Shown here: positions 50,497-60,135 of the stretch, in pieces
How positions within the stretch are numbered: the stretch's first letter is position 1
How the letters are laid out: each line of letters begins with the position of its first letter
Source of the DNA: Nitrosopumilus sp.
GTDB lineage: Archaea > Thermoproteota > Nitrososphaeria > Nitrososphaerales > Nitrosopumilaceae
Length of the DNA stretch: 64,000 nt
NCBI GenBank assembly: GCA_965197525.1
Contig: OZ240211.1
Span: forward strand, 224,001 to 288,000
Direction of reading: 5' to 3'
Position numbers and translations under genes: made by a program
Notes under the pieces: model-generated
The model's input: only the letters and a program-made list of their open reading frames with translations
What the model was told of the DNA's origin: nothing
Databases searched by the model: none

Positions 50497-50645
50497 AATT
50501 GCTATACTCTAATCACCCATATTTAGCTTAGTCATAAAGACAGATCTTGAATCTAATCCAAACAGAGTATCCAATTACGCACTGACAAAATCACCATATA
50601 ACAATGTCATTATACTTTAAATGCTTAAACATCTTGATACTGTTA

Positions 50646-50954
50646 ATGGGATTTCTATCAAATTTTAAAAAAGAACTCCAAGCGGCTAAAAAAGCCAAAG
50701 CGGCTCAAATCAACGGCAAAGAGCTAAAAAAACTATTAAAAAAATTCAAAGAAGAACGCGATAGAATAGAAAAAGAGACAGGCATCAGACCTCAAATCGA
50801 TTCCAATACACAAATGTTCATGCAAAAAGTTCTAAACGTCTGGATTAATCAAGGGCGAAACATTGACGAAGAAAAGTTTTGGCGAGAAGTCGATTACAAT
50901 AGACAGTTTGACCATCCTGTAGAATACTATGAAATTAACAGAGATATGCGGTGA
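50646..50954 (+). CDS. Conserved hypothetical protein
   Basis: MGFLSNFKKEL...; ATG at 50646 preferred. Confidence 0.7.
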   Translation: MGFLSNFKKELQAAKKAKAAQINGKELKKLLKKFKEERDRIEKETGIRPQIDSNTQMFMQKVLNVWINQGRNIDEEKFWREVDYNRQFDHPVEYYEINRDMR

Positions 50955-51091
50955 TGGGAACAGTAATAAGAATAATGAGGATATAACACTTCTCATAATT
51001 TTTTAACAGCAATACAAGATTTCAACTATATTCTAAACCGTGAAAACATTTTACAAAAGGCTAAATGGATTGACATATGTGAAATGTTATA

Positions 51092-51835
51092 ATGCTACAT
51101 CCTCTATCGCTTGCTATAGGTGCAGGCGTTACTGCTTTGGCAATAATGGTATCTTTTCTCATATTTACATCTGACTCACAAGAATTAATAATTGAACCCG
51201 CACCTGTTATTCCTACAGATATCAAACCATCACCTACGATAGAACCACAACGCCAAGCAATAATAACCTCAGAGACATTCTTGGCAAACGCGTCTCCCGT
51301 GTTAGGGAATCCTGATGCTGCAGTCACATTAGTAGAGTTTGGAGATTATCAATGCCACTATTGTAATGTCTTTTTTCATTCCACTGAGGATCAAATTATA
51401 ACCAAATATGTCAATACAGGCAAGGTAAAGATGATCTTCAAGGATTTCAACATTATAGGTCCTGACTCTGTTAACGCATCACATGGAGCACATTGCGCCG
51501 GTGATCAAAACTTGTTTTGGGAGTATCATGATATCTTGTACTCGAATTGGACTGGAGAGAACAATGGGTGGGCATCACTGGAGAATCTTGCAGTATATGC
51601 CCAAGAACTAGATGGCCTTGGCATCGATAAATGGTCTGCATGTATGGAGGAAGGCAAACACTCGCAAAAGATTCTTGCAAGTAATCAAGATGCCAAAACT
51701 TTGGAGCTGACCGGTACACCTGCATTCTTTGTAATAGGTCCTGCAGGCACAACAACACCACCGTTACAACTATTTGGAGCACAATCTTTTGAGACATTTG
51801 AGAGGGTTATTGAGGAGAGATTAGATGAAAGGTAA
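51092..51835 (+). CDS. DsbA-family thioredoxin-fold protein, membrane anchored
   Basis: EFGDYQCHYC, GTPAFF. Confidence 0.9.
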   Translation: MLHPLSLAIGAGVTALAIMVSFLIFTSDSQELIIEPAPVIPTDIKPSPTIEPQRQAIITSETFLANASPVLGNPDAAVTLVEFGDYQCHYCNVFFHSTEDQIITKYVNTGKVKMIFKDFNIIGPDSVNASHGAHCAGDQNLFWEYHDILYSNWTGENNGWASLENLAVYAQELDGLGIDKWSACMEEGKHSQKILASNQDAKTLELTGTPAFFVIGPAGTTTPPLQLFGAQSFETFERVIEERLDER

Positions 51836-51948
51836 TCCCAATTACGCTCAAATCACACAAAATTAGTCAAAAAATACTGCCAAACTAGTATAAAAGCCAT
51901 CTAATACAAATTCATTAGCCTTATTAATGAATCAGAGAATCCAATGAT

Positions 51949-53343
51949 ATGGCAGCAGGCATAGATGACATTGCAATATATATTCCCAGACTATATGTTG
52001 ACGCATCTGATTTTGCAGTTAATAGGGGTCTGGATCCTGTAAAGCTTCAAAAAGGTCTGGGCATATCCCAAATGGCAATAGTTGACGCCAATCAAGACCC
52101 TGCATGTCTTGCAGCAAACGCATGTCTTCGTATTATGCAAAAAAACAAGATATCTCCTGAAGATATTGGAAGATTGTACATCTCTACTGAATCAGCATTT
52201 GATGAGTCCAAGGCTATGAATTCTTACGTCATCGGCATGCTAGAACAAGTTTATGGTCAAGGTGCCTTTGAGCATTGTGGCGGCGTGGAGACAAAGTTTG
52301 CATGTGTGAGTGGGTCGTATGCATTATACGACAATACCAACTGGATTCGTGCAGGGGAATCAGAAGGAAAACACGCTCTTGTTGTGGTATCTGATATTGC
52401 AAAGTATGACTTGGGTTCAAGCGGTGAGATTACCCAAGGTGCAGGAGCAGTCGTCATGCTGTTAAATGACAATCCTAGACTATTATCATTTGACCCTCGG
52501 GTTACATCAACATCAATTAAAGATGAGTATGATTTTTACAGACCGTTTGGTAAAGAGACTCCCATAGTTCATGGACAATACTCTAACCTGTTATACATGA
52601 TCCAAGTAAGAAAGGCACTAGAGGCATACAAGAAAAAAGTGATATCATCAGGTCTGATACAAATCGAACCAGGTGAGACAATCCTTGATCATATGGATTA
52701 CATCAACATGCATCTCCCGTACAGTAATATGGGTAAAAAAGCACTAGCATACCTAGTCAGACACGAGTGGCGTCAGCTCCCCAGATGGAAGAGTATACTA
52801 AATGAGATAGGGATTGAAGAGCCAACACCCAAGGATCCACGTGGTACCATCGAGTCTGTACTAGGAGATGAGAAATTTATGGCACAAGATCACGAGTTCA
52901 CTAAATTATTTACGCAGACTGCAAGATACCAAGAGGTATACGAATCAAAACTTGCAAGCTCACTTGTTGCCTCAAGCATGATAGGTAACTTGTACACTGC
53001 ATCTTTGTACCTGGGATTTAGAAGTAGTTTGGAGTTTGAATACCAAAAGGGAATTGATCTTGAAGGAAAACGCGTGGGATTTGGCTCCTATGGTAGCGGT
53101 AGCAGTGCCATGGTGTTCAGCGGCGTCATTCAACCAGAGTATAGAGACATAGTAAAAAACATGAATCTAGAAGCTGAGATTGGCCCAAGAAAGAGATTGG
53201 CATGGCAAGAATACGAACAGCTACATGAGAATAAACTAACAATAAACGAGTCAATGATAGACTCTAAAAAAGAATTTGTTCTAGTAAATGTAGATACAGA
53301 TACTGCAACAAAAGGTGAGAGACGTTACATATACAATGAATGA
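51949..53343 (+). CDS. Hydroxymethylglutaryl-CoA synthase
   Basis: ESAFD, KFACVSG (catalytic Cys), QGAGAV, HLPY, GNLYTAS, SYGSG. Confidence 0.93.
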   Translation: MAAGIDDIAIYIPRLYVDASDFAVNRGLDPVKLQKGLGISQMAIVDANQDPACLAANACLRIMQKNKISPEDIGRLYISTESAFDESKAMNSYVIGMLEQVYGQGAFEHCGGVETKFACVSGSYALYDNTNWIRAGESEGKHALVVVSDIAKYDLGSSGEITQGAGAVVMLLNDNPRLLSFDPRVTSTSIKDEYDFYRPFGKETPIVHGQYSNLLYMIQVRKALEAYKKKVISSGLIQIEPGETILDHMDYINMHLPYSNMGKKALAYLVRHEWRQLPRWKSILNEIGIEEPTPKDPRGTIESVLGDEKFMAQDHEFTKLFTQTARYQEVYESKLASSLVASSMIGNLYTASLYLGFRSSLEFEYQKGIDLEGKRVGFGSYGSGSSAMVFSGVIQPEYRDIVKNMNLEAEIGPRKRLAWQEYEQLHENKLTINESMIDSKKEFVLVNVDTDTATKGERRYIYNE

Positions 53344-53966
53344 TGCAACAAAAAATCATTGACGAGATAAAGAACTATCTATTTGATCATCTTGAGAATT
53401 CATCAGCCCGGATATCTGAGTTACTGCTTGATAACAAATTTGATGTTGTGATTAATGATGCAGTTGAGAATTGTTATGACAAGACAGTATCACTAGGAGG
53501 ATTGCCAGGTGTTAGTGTATTGGGTACCGGTCTATTACACTATCTACTAACTAGGGCACTGATTACCAGTCAAAGAAAGGTAACATACCGGTATGATGGG
53601 AATCATGATAATTGGAATGTCAGTAACAATCAAGATGATACATCTATTGAGAATAGCAATGAAATACTCTTGAATATCGTGATACCCGATATTAAAACGC
53701 TCAAAAAAGATCCAAAAAAATCACTAATTTTGTGTATTCCTGACACAGATGACCCTGCAGTAATTACCCCATTAACTGCCAGATTGGAGAAGATTCAGCC
53801 TCAACTGCAGAATATCTGGATGGTCTTGCCTAGTGACAACATCTCTACCAAATACAAGACATACGTACTAGACAAAAATAACAACACATTTTCAAATATA
53901 ATATTTGATATCGGTCAATTTACCAGCGTAAATCAACAAAATCAGTTTAAAATTTTAAAGATTTAG
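53340..53966 (+). CDS. Conserved hypothetical protein with an N/D-rich insertion
   Basis: 208-aa ORF overlapping the HMGS stop. Confidence 0.7.
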   Translation: MMQQKIIDEIKNYLFDHLENSSARISELLLDNKFDVVINDAVENCYDKTVSLGGLPGVSVLGTGLLHYLLTRALITSQRKVTYRYDGNHDNWNVSNNQDDTSIENSNEILLNIVIPDIKTLKKDPKKSLILCIPDTDDPAVITPLTARLEKIQPQLQNIWMVLPSDNISTKYKTYVLDKNNNTFSNIIFDIGQFTSVNQQNQFKILKI

Positions 53967-54138
53967 GTTCAAATCGACAAGCGGTTTTGATATTTGCTAA
54001 AGTTTGATCGTCCCCTCATCATCAGTAACACTCAATACTATTCCAAATATCTCAAAACACACATTAAAAATTTCTTGGAAGTTCATATACAAAACCCGAT
54101 TACTTATTAACTACCAAATAACAACATCAATGAATTAG

Positions 54139-55578
54139 TTGTCTAAATCATTATTAATGCTCCAAGCCCTATCATTGATAGCAGTTCTAATGCTTGTGGC
54201 CAATGCCAGTCTGACATATGCACAGGAGGAGGAGGATGATGCCAATAACGAATATTTGCCTCCGCTCCGACAACATGTAGACGGACTCACAGTTGATGCA
54301 ATACAATGCAATGCTCCAATGGAGTTATACCTAAGAGATTCTCAGACCCCTGTATGCATTACTCCTTCTGCATTTGAAGCTCTCATAGAACGCAACATAA
54401 ATCTGATTTTGCATAAATCATACGCTCATACTATATACACAATTGTTGATACAAGAGAATCCGTGGTTCAGCGCACAGTTGATGAGACCCTCAACATGTA
54501 CAACTCTGACAAAGATAACGCATTTGCAAACATTAATGACATATCTGCAAATCTCATTTCACATTACCCATTTGTCTTGGATCCTACAACCAAAAAAGTG
54601 GTAGCACATGGCGAGAATCCAAATAGGGTTGGTGTATCGTCCCTTATTCTAGGAAGCTATGCGGATAAACCGGCTGATCAAATAATGGAAAAACTACAAA
54701 GTGATGGGGAAGTATGGGTAGACTATGTATTCATTGATCCCTTAACTGGAGAGGACGGCCTCAAACGTTCTTGGCTCGTACTACATGACGGATACATCTT
54801 TGGCTCAGGATTCTACTATTCAGCAGAGGAGAAACTAGTTAATGTGATTGATAATGCCATCAAACTATACCAAGAGGATGGAACATTTGATAGAATCAAC
54901 GCACAGCAAGTAGAACCGAACTCACATTATCCGTTTGTTATTGATCCAGTTACCAATAACTCACCTGCACACGGGGCATTTCCTGATATTAGCGAGTCGG
55001 CAATAGACACGGATATAACATTTCAGGATATTGCAGATAGCATACAAGATGATGATGATAATGGTATAGTTCACTGGTATATCCCATTTAAAAATCCCAC
55101 AAATGATAAAGTCAACCTAAAACACGTCATCTTCAAATTGTATGATGATTATCTCTTTGGCGCAGGCTATTATTATTCAGGTGACGAAAAGGTCAAGAGT
55201 ATAGTAGAAAATACCATTGAGATGTATAAATCCGACAGGGCAAGCTTGGTTATCGATATCAACTCGCAGTCATCGGATCTTATTACCCCTCATTATCCGT
55301 TTATCATAGACCCTCACACCAAAACAATAGTGGCAAATGGAGGATTTCCAGAAGTTGTAGGAAGCACATCATTGCTATTTGGGGACCATGCAAATAAAAC
55401 ACCTAATGAAATAATAGCCGAGTTGTATGCTGACAAGGGTGTTTGGGTAGAATACGTGTATAACGTCCCTGGGACAGATTTTGAAGAAATAAAACGATCC
55501 TATCTAAAATTATCTGATGGATACATATTTGGTTCAGGATATTATTTTTCATCGTTTACTGTTGTTCCTAACCGATAA
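54139..55578 (+). CDS. Secreted protein: signal peptide, thaumarchaeal PPLxQ..C..C module and three Cache-like domains
   Basis: LPPLRQ...QC...PVC...LIER; three repeats ending DGYIFGSG.Y; homologous to 27627-28886. Confidence 0.75.
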   Translation: MSKSLLMLQALSLIAVLMLVANASLTYAQEEEDDANNEYLPPLRQHVDGLTVDAIQCNAPMELYLRDSQTPVCITPSAFEALIERNINLILHKSYAHTIYTIVDTRESVVQRTVDETLNMYNSDKDNAFANINDISANLISHYPFVLDPTTKKVVAHGENPNRVGVSSLILGSYADKPADQIMEKLQSDGEVWVDYVFIDPLTGEDGLKRSWLVLHDGYIFGSGFYYSAEEKLVNVIDNAIKLYQEDGTFDRINAQQVEPNSHYPFVIDPVTNNSPAHGAFPDISESAIDTDITFQDIADSIQDDDDNGIVHWYIPFKNPTNDKVNLKHVIFKLYDDYLFGAGYYYSGDEKVKSIVENTIEMYKSDRASLVIDINSQSSDLITPHYPFIIDPHTKTIVANGGFPEVVGSTSLLFGDHANKTPNEIIAELYADKGVWVEYVYNVPGTDFEEIKRSYLKLSDGYIFGSGYYFSSFTVVPNR

Positions 55579-55625
55579 GATATTTTGACTAGTGTGGATG
55601 ACGGCGTGGTATGATTGACAGTTCT

Positions 55626-56417
55626 TTAGCAAAGTAACAATTTAAAATCAATATTTTTTTTAAACAGGTCATACATGAAATCGTCATTACGAGTACGATG
55701 GGTACTCGTGCTCTGATTGTCTTGATTGCTATCACTGTATTTTTTATTATCATAACGGTTATCCACGTTAGCATCCTCGTTTAATCGATCGTAATGCTCA
55801 ATGAATGGAATTACACCTAACACCGTCACATCAAGCAGATTTGTTAAATCTCGTTTAACTTCATCTACATTGTAGGGACCAGAATCAAGATCATTAATGA
55901 TTACACCTTTGACTGGAATGCCGTATCTTTCACATGTCTTTACTGACATTATAGTATGGTTAAAAGAACCTACCCGGGTTGTCGTAACGATGACTGCAGG
56001 CAATCTAAAATCCTTGATTAAATCAGCAATATAGTAGTCGTCAAGAATCGGCGTCATGATGCCCCCTATCCCCTCGACGAGAAGCATCTTGTGTAGCTTG
56101 GATAACTGTCTATATCGGTCTAGTATCAGAGATATATTGGGTTTTATCTTTAATGTCTTCCAAGCAGTGTATGGGGATGCAGGCATTGGAAAAAATTGTG
56201 GATTTACCAGTTCTTCAGAGTCACTAACGCGTGCTGCATTGCAGATTATCTGCACATCTTTTGACTTGAATCCTCTATTTTCAGGTGCAATGGTGCCTGC
56301 AGCAAACGGTTTCATGACCCCTACATCTACTCCCATTTTATGCAAGGATGATGCCAAACCTGCAGTAATGACAGTTTTCCCGATGTCAGTATCAATTCCG
56401 GTAACAAATAATGACAT
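55626..56417 (-). CDS. bioD: Dethiobiotin synthase
   Basis: FVTGIDTDIGKT, MKP, VEGIGG, GSFNHT. Confidence 0.95.
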   Translation of the reverse strand: MSLFVTGIDTDIGKTVITAGLASSLHKMGVDVGVMKPFAAGTIAPENRGFKSKDVQIICNAARVSDSEELVNPQFFPMPASPYTAWKTLKIKPNISLILDRYRQLSKLHKMLLVEGIGGIMTPILDDYYIADLIKDFRLPAVIVTTTRVGSFNHTIMSVKTCERYGIPVKGVIINDLDSGPYNVDEVKRDLTNLLDVTVLGVIPFIEHYDRLNEDANVDNRYDNKKYSDSNQDNQSTSTHRTRNDDFMYDLFKKNIDFKLLLC

Positions 56418-56526
56418 GGTACAAGATATAATGTTGGAATTTATTAGTTGATTGATTTGTTAGCCATGTTATATCATAACCCATCTGACATGTTGATTGA
56501 ATTGGACTAGACGTATTCGAAGATCA

Positions 56527-57172
56527 TTACAAATCATGCATGATATCGTCTTCTTTTTGTATTTTTGAGCTGGACATTTCAGGCATTGGCGATGACAGCC
56601 TCACTACCTGCACGTCAAGCCCTATTTTACTAAGCAAAATCACACAGATGGGTGTCTGTGTTGCATGTAATTAGGAAACATCCCTCCTTGATGTATTCTT
56701 CGTGGTGTGTTTGGTCGTATCCGAGCGCTATTATGTCGGGTTTGACGTTCATAACGGTACGAAAGATGTCTTTTTGTCCAACTAGACATACGTCTACCAT
56801 CCCAAGTGTGTTTGTAAGATTTTGACGTTCCTCTGCTGAATGACACGGTGTCTTTTTTTTCATACGCATGGCAGTATCATCTGTTGCGACTACTACCACA
56901 AGTACATCTCCTAGCTCCTTGGCTGTATTAAGAGTATATACATGTCCAGGATGAATGATATCAAACACACCTCCAGCTAGCACTACTTTGATTGATTTTC
57001 GTCCAGTTTTTGTAAGGGTTGTACCAGTTATCATTTTTTTCTGTGTCAGTCTGTCCAAACGTATACTTATTTCAGATGGAAGAAACATCTTGGACATTGT
57101 GTCGACAGGATCATCTCCGTTTATACTACATGTGTATAAAACGGTTAATGTATGTTTGTCGATTTGCTCCAA
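56527..57172 (-). pseudogene. ribL: Archaeal FAD synthase-like cytidylyltransferase interrupted by a 46-bp insertion
   Basis: GGVFDIIHPGH, DIIALGYDQ; native-looking tail SKIGLDVQVVRLSSPMPEMSSSKI (56527-56631) is out of frame after insert 56632-56677. Confidence 0.75.
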
Positions 57173-57760
57173 GATGAATTAAAATACAGCACATGGTATT
57201 TATATTATTTGTGAAAAGAAGCATATTGTTTCAATTAGTGGAACGGTATTAGCGTTTGCGTCTAGGGCAGAAGATCCAAAAAAATTCAAAGCATATACAA
57301 TTTTATTATTCCTATCAAACAAAATTAAAAACATCCAAGTATATTTATGAAAGAATAATATCTATGAAAAACTAATTGGGATGAGTTTTTGACGCCGTGA
57401 TAATATAGTAGTATCACTATCCATTGCAGTTTCACAATAATTATACAAACCTTCATGTTCGCACTGTTTTATTGCCACGATATTGATGAGAACAGCAATC
57501 TGGTTGATTATGTGACAAATACCAACAGAGGACGATGCTTGTATAGCACGGTCTTCTTTGCGATTATTGCATTCTGCTTGTGTACTCTCATTTATCATAC
57601 AAGGAATGGCAGCTACAAATACTGTTGATTAGTTATATCATTATTAGTAATTTTAGCCTAGAATCATCATCAAACCAAATACGAATAGGTCCAATCAGCC
57701 ATTAACAATCAACTGCAATACCGGCAATTCCTTTTTAACTAGGGATAGAGCAATAACTAT

Positions 57761-57865
57761 ATGAATACTAGATTTGTAATTGTAGGAGTGGTGTTAGGCA
57801 TTATAGTCACACTTGCAGTGATCGTTGGCTCACCAGCAATTGGTGGTTTTGATGCGCTACGTTAG
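57761..57865 (+). CDS. 34-aa single-pass membrane peptide (not in ORF track)
   Basis: MNTRFVIVGVVLGIIVTLAVIVGSPAIGGFDALR; convergent with bioF with a 4-nt overlap. Confidence 0.5.
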   Translation: MNTRFVIVGVVLGIIVTLAVIVGSPAIGGFDALR

Positions 57866-59121
57866 TAGTTGTAGAATTTTTTATATCCTCTTTGAAAAAT
57901 ATCAAGTACTTTTTCAATATCTGTATCATTTAACCACGCAGTGACTGAAATTCGTAATCTTGCTTGGTTCTGAGGGACGGTAGGGTATCTTATTGGCTGT
58001 ACAAACACCCCATTTTTTAGTAAAAATTCACTAAACCCCAACGCTTTTTTCTCATCCTTTACGACGATTGGGATTATATGCGTGTTAGAATGTATCTCGT
58101 ATCCTATCTCACGTAGTCTGTGAATAATTTTTTGCGTATTCTTTTCTAATCTCTTTCGTTGTCTTTCCCTGCTTGCAGACATGATCTTCTTTTGTGCATA
58201 TTCTACTAAAACAGAGTGACTGAAATTCTTCTTTTGTGCATATTCTACTAAAACAGAGGGTAACGCTGATGTATAGATAAATGATTTTGATTTATTGATA
58301 CAGTAATCCACAACATTGTTTTGTGATGCAATATACCCGCCAAACGATCCCAACCCTTTGCTCAGACTACTAGTGTATATGTCAATACTCTTTGCAACTC
58401 TTAGGTGATCGGGAGTTCCACGTCCATCCCGTCCAATCACAAAGTCACCATGGGCATCATCAACTATGGTGATTGCATCTTCTTTCTGGGCTAATTCTGT
58501 AATCCCGTCAAGCGGCGCAATATCTCCATCCATACTAAATATGCCTTCAGTAATTACAAACTTTTTACCTGTACATTGCTTTTTCAACTTTTTGTTTAGA
58601 TCGTCTGTATCATTGTGTTTGTAGATTACGATACGAGCGCCTGTCAGCTTGCACGACTCTATGATACTGGCATGGTTTAATTCGTCACTAAATACGGTGT
58701 CTTTCTTATCTATTACTGTAGATATTACCCCAATATTTGCCATATATCCTGTCGGATAAATCAGACTACCCTCGTGTGATTTGTGTTTTGCAAGCGTGCG
58801 TTCTAATTTTTTAAAAGACTCGTCGTTTCCTGAAACGAGTCTGGAGCTTGACTGTATCTGTCGGAATAGTGTTTTATCATTAGCATATGAGGATGACAAG
58901 AATGGTACAGAGATACCCAAATAATCATTTGAGCATAGATTAATCAATGTCTTGTCATTGATTTTAATCTGCGATCCAACAGAAATCCCGTAACGTAACT
59001 TTCTATACAAATTATCATGGTATAGTTTGTGTAACTCTGCATCAATAAAGCTAAATTTATCGTTGTTGCTAGTATTCTTATTCTTATTACTACTATTGCT
59101 GTTGTTAGGACTGACGGCCAA
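57862..59121 (-). CDS. bioF: 8-amino-7-oxononanoate synthase
   Basis: SNDYLG, DELNHASI, EGIFSMDGD, VDDAHG, SLSKGLG. Confidence 0.93.
   Translation of the reverse strand: MAVSPNNSNSSNKNKNTSNNDKFSFIDAELHKLYHDNLYRKLRYGISVGSQIKINDKTLINLCSNDYLGISVPFLSSSYANDKTLFRQIQSSSRLVSGNDESFKKLERTLAKHKSHEGSLIYPTGYMANIGVISTVIDKKDTVFSDELNHASIIESCKLTGARIVIYKHNDTDDLNKKLKKQCTGKKFVITEGIFSMDGDIAPLDGITELAQKEDAITIVDDAHGDFVIGRDGRGTPDHLRVAKSIDIYTSSLSKGLGSFGGYIASQNNVVDYCINKSKSFIYTSALPSVLVEYAQKKNFSHSVLVEYAQKKIMSASRERQRKRLEKNTQKIIHRLREIGYEIHSNTHIIPIVVKDEKKALGFSEFLLKNGVFVQPIRYPTVPQNQARLRISVTAWLNDTDIEKVLDIFQRGYKKFYNY
58187..58258. repeat. 30-bp direct repeat with a 12-bp spacer inside bioF (in-frame 42-bp gain)
   Basis: TTCTTTTGTGCATATTCTACTAAAACAGAG at 58187-58216 and 58229-58258. 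Confidence 0.95.
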
Positions 59122-60085
59122 TTTCTTTTATCAATTCTATATCGCTTTTTGCATCATTTCCGCCCGTGGTAAGATACCCCTCAGTAATTATCCCATTTGC
59201 TCCACTTTGTAATAGCTGCTGACCTGAATCTTTTAATTTTGATTCTCGTCCTCCTGAAATTTTAATCACCGATTCAGGTAACAGAAATCGTAGTACGGAG
59301 AACATCCTCTGAATCTCCGATTCTTCCAAATCTGTTTGCAGTTCTAGTGGCGTACCAGGTATCGGTACAAGAATATTTACTGTGACTTCTTCTGGATGTA
59401 ATCTTGCTAGTTCTAATGACAGCTCTAATCTTTGTTTGCGGGTCTCGCCCAATCCTACTATTCCACCTGTGCATAACTCCAGTCCTGCTTGCCTTGCAAT
59501 ATACAAAGTATCTAATCTATCTTGATATGTATGAGTCGTACAAATTTCAGAAAACTTTGATTTTGCAGTCTCTAGATTATGGTTGTATCTTTTTACCTTT
59601 AGCTCTTTTAACGTTCTTGCTTGGTTTTGTGTAAGAAAACCTAGACTGCATTCTACAGTTATGCCTACTTTGGTGTTTATCTGTTGGATTATCTGACACA
59701 CTTTCTTAAAATCATCATCAGAGGGTTGTCGCCATGCAGCAACAAGACAGTATGATTCTGCACCATCGTCTTTTGCCTTTTGTGCTTTGGTAACTATCTG
59801 TTGAGGGGATGGCAGTTGAAAAGTATCAATTCCCGTATCAAAAAAGGCTGATTGTCCACAAAACATGCAATCCTCACTGCATGCATTTTTTTTAATGTTG
59901 TTTAATTGCTCCACATCCACCTTGTCGCCATTAAATCCACGGGTAATCTCATCAGCACAATGTGCCAAAAATTCCAAGTCCTCGTTTGTAGTATCAAATA
60001 ATCTTTGAGCGTCATCTGCAGTTATTACAATACCTGCAAACACCTTCTCCTGACACTCTGCAATGAATTCTTGTTGCCGACTCAT
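59105..60085 (-). CDS. bioB: Biotin synthase
   Basis: CSEDCMFC radical-SAM motif, YNHNLET, ELCTGGIVG. Confidence 0.95.
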   Translation of the reverse strand: MSRQQEFIAECQEKVFAGIVITADDAQRLFDTTNEDLEFLAHCADEITRGFNGDKVDVEQLNNIKKNACSEDCMFCGQSAFFDTGIDTFQLPSPQQIVTKAQKAKDDGAESYCLVAAWRQPSDDDFKKVCQIIQQINTKVGITVECSLGFLTQNQARTLKELKVKRYNHNLETAKSKFSEICTTHTYQDRLDTLYIARQAGLELCTGGIVGLGETRKQRLELSLELARLHPEEVTVNILVPIPGTPLELQTDLEESEIQRMFSVLRFLLPESVIKISGGRESKLKDSGQQLLQSGANGIITEGYLTTGGNDAKSDIELIKEIGRQS

Positions 60086-60135
60086 ATGATATGCTGGTAC
60101 ATTCCATTAATAACAATACTGAAAATTAGTACTCG

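Noticed and set aside
56632-56677. Canonical bulge-helix-bulge mRNA intron in ribL
   Set aside because: At both possible boundaries the required 4-bp central helix between exon end and intron end does not form.
57362-57598. 78-aa minus-strand ORF
   Set aside because: No motif or coupling to neighbours; cannot be supported.
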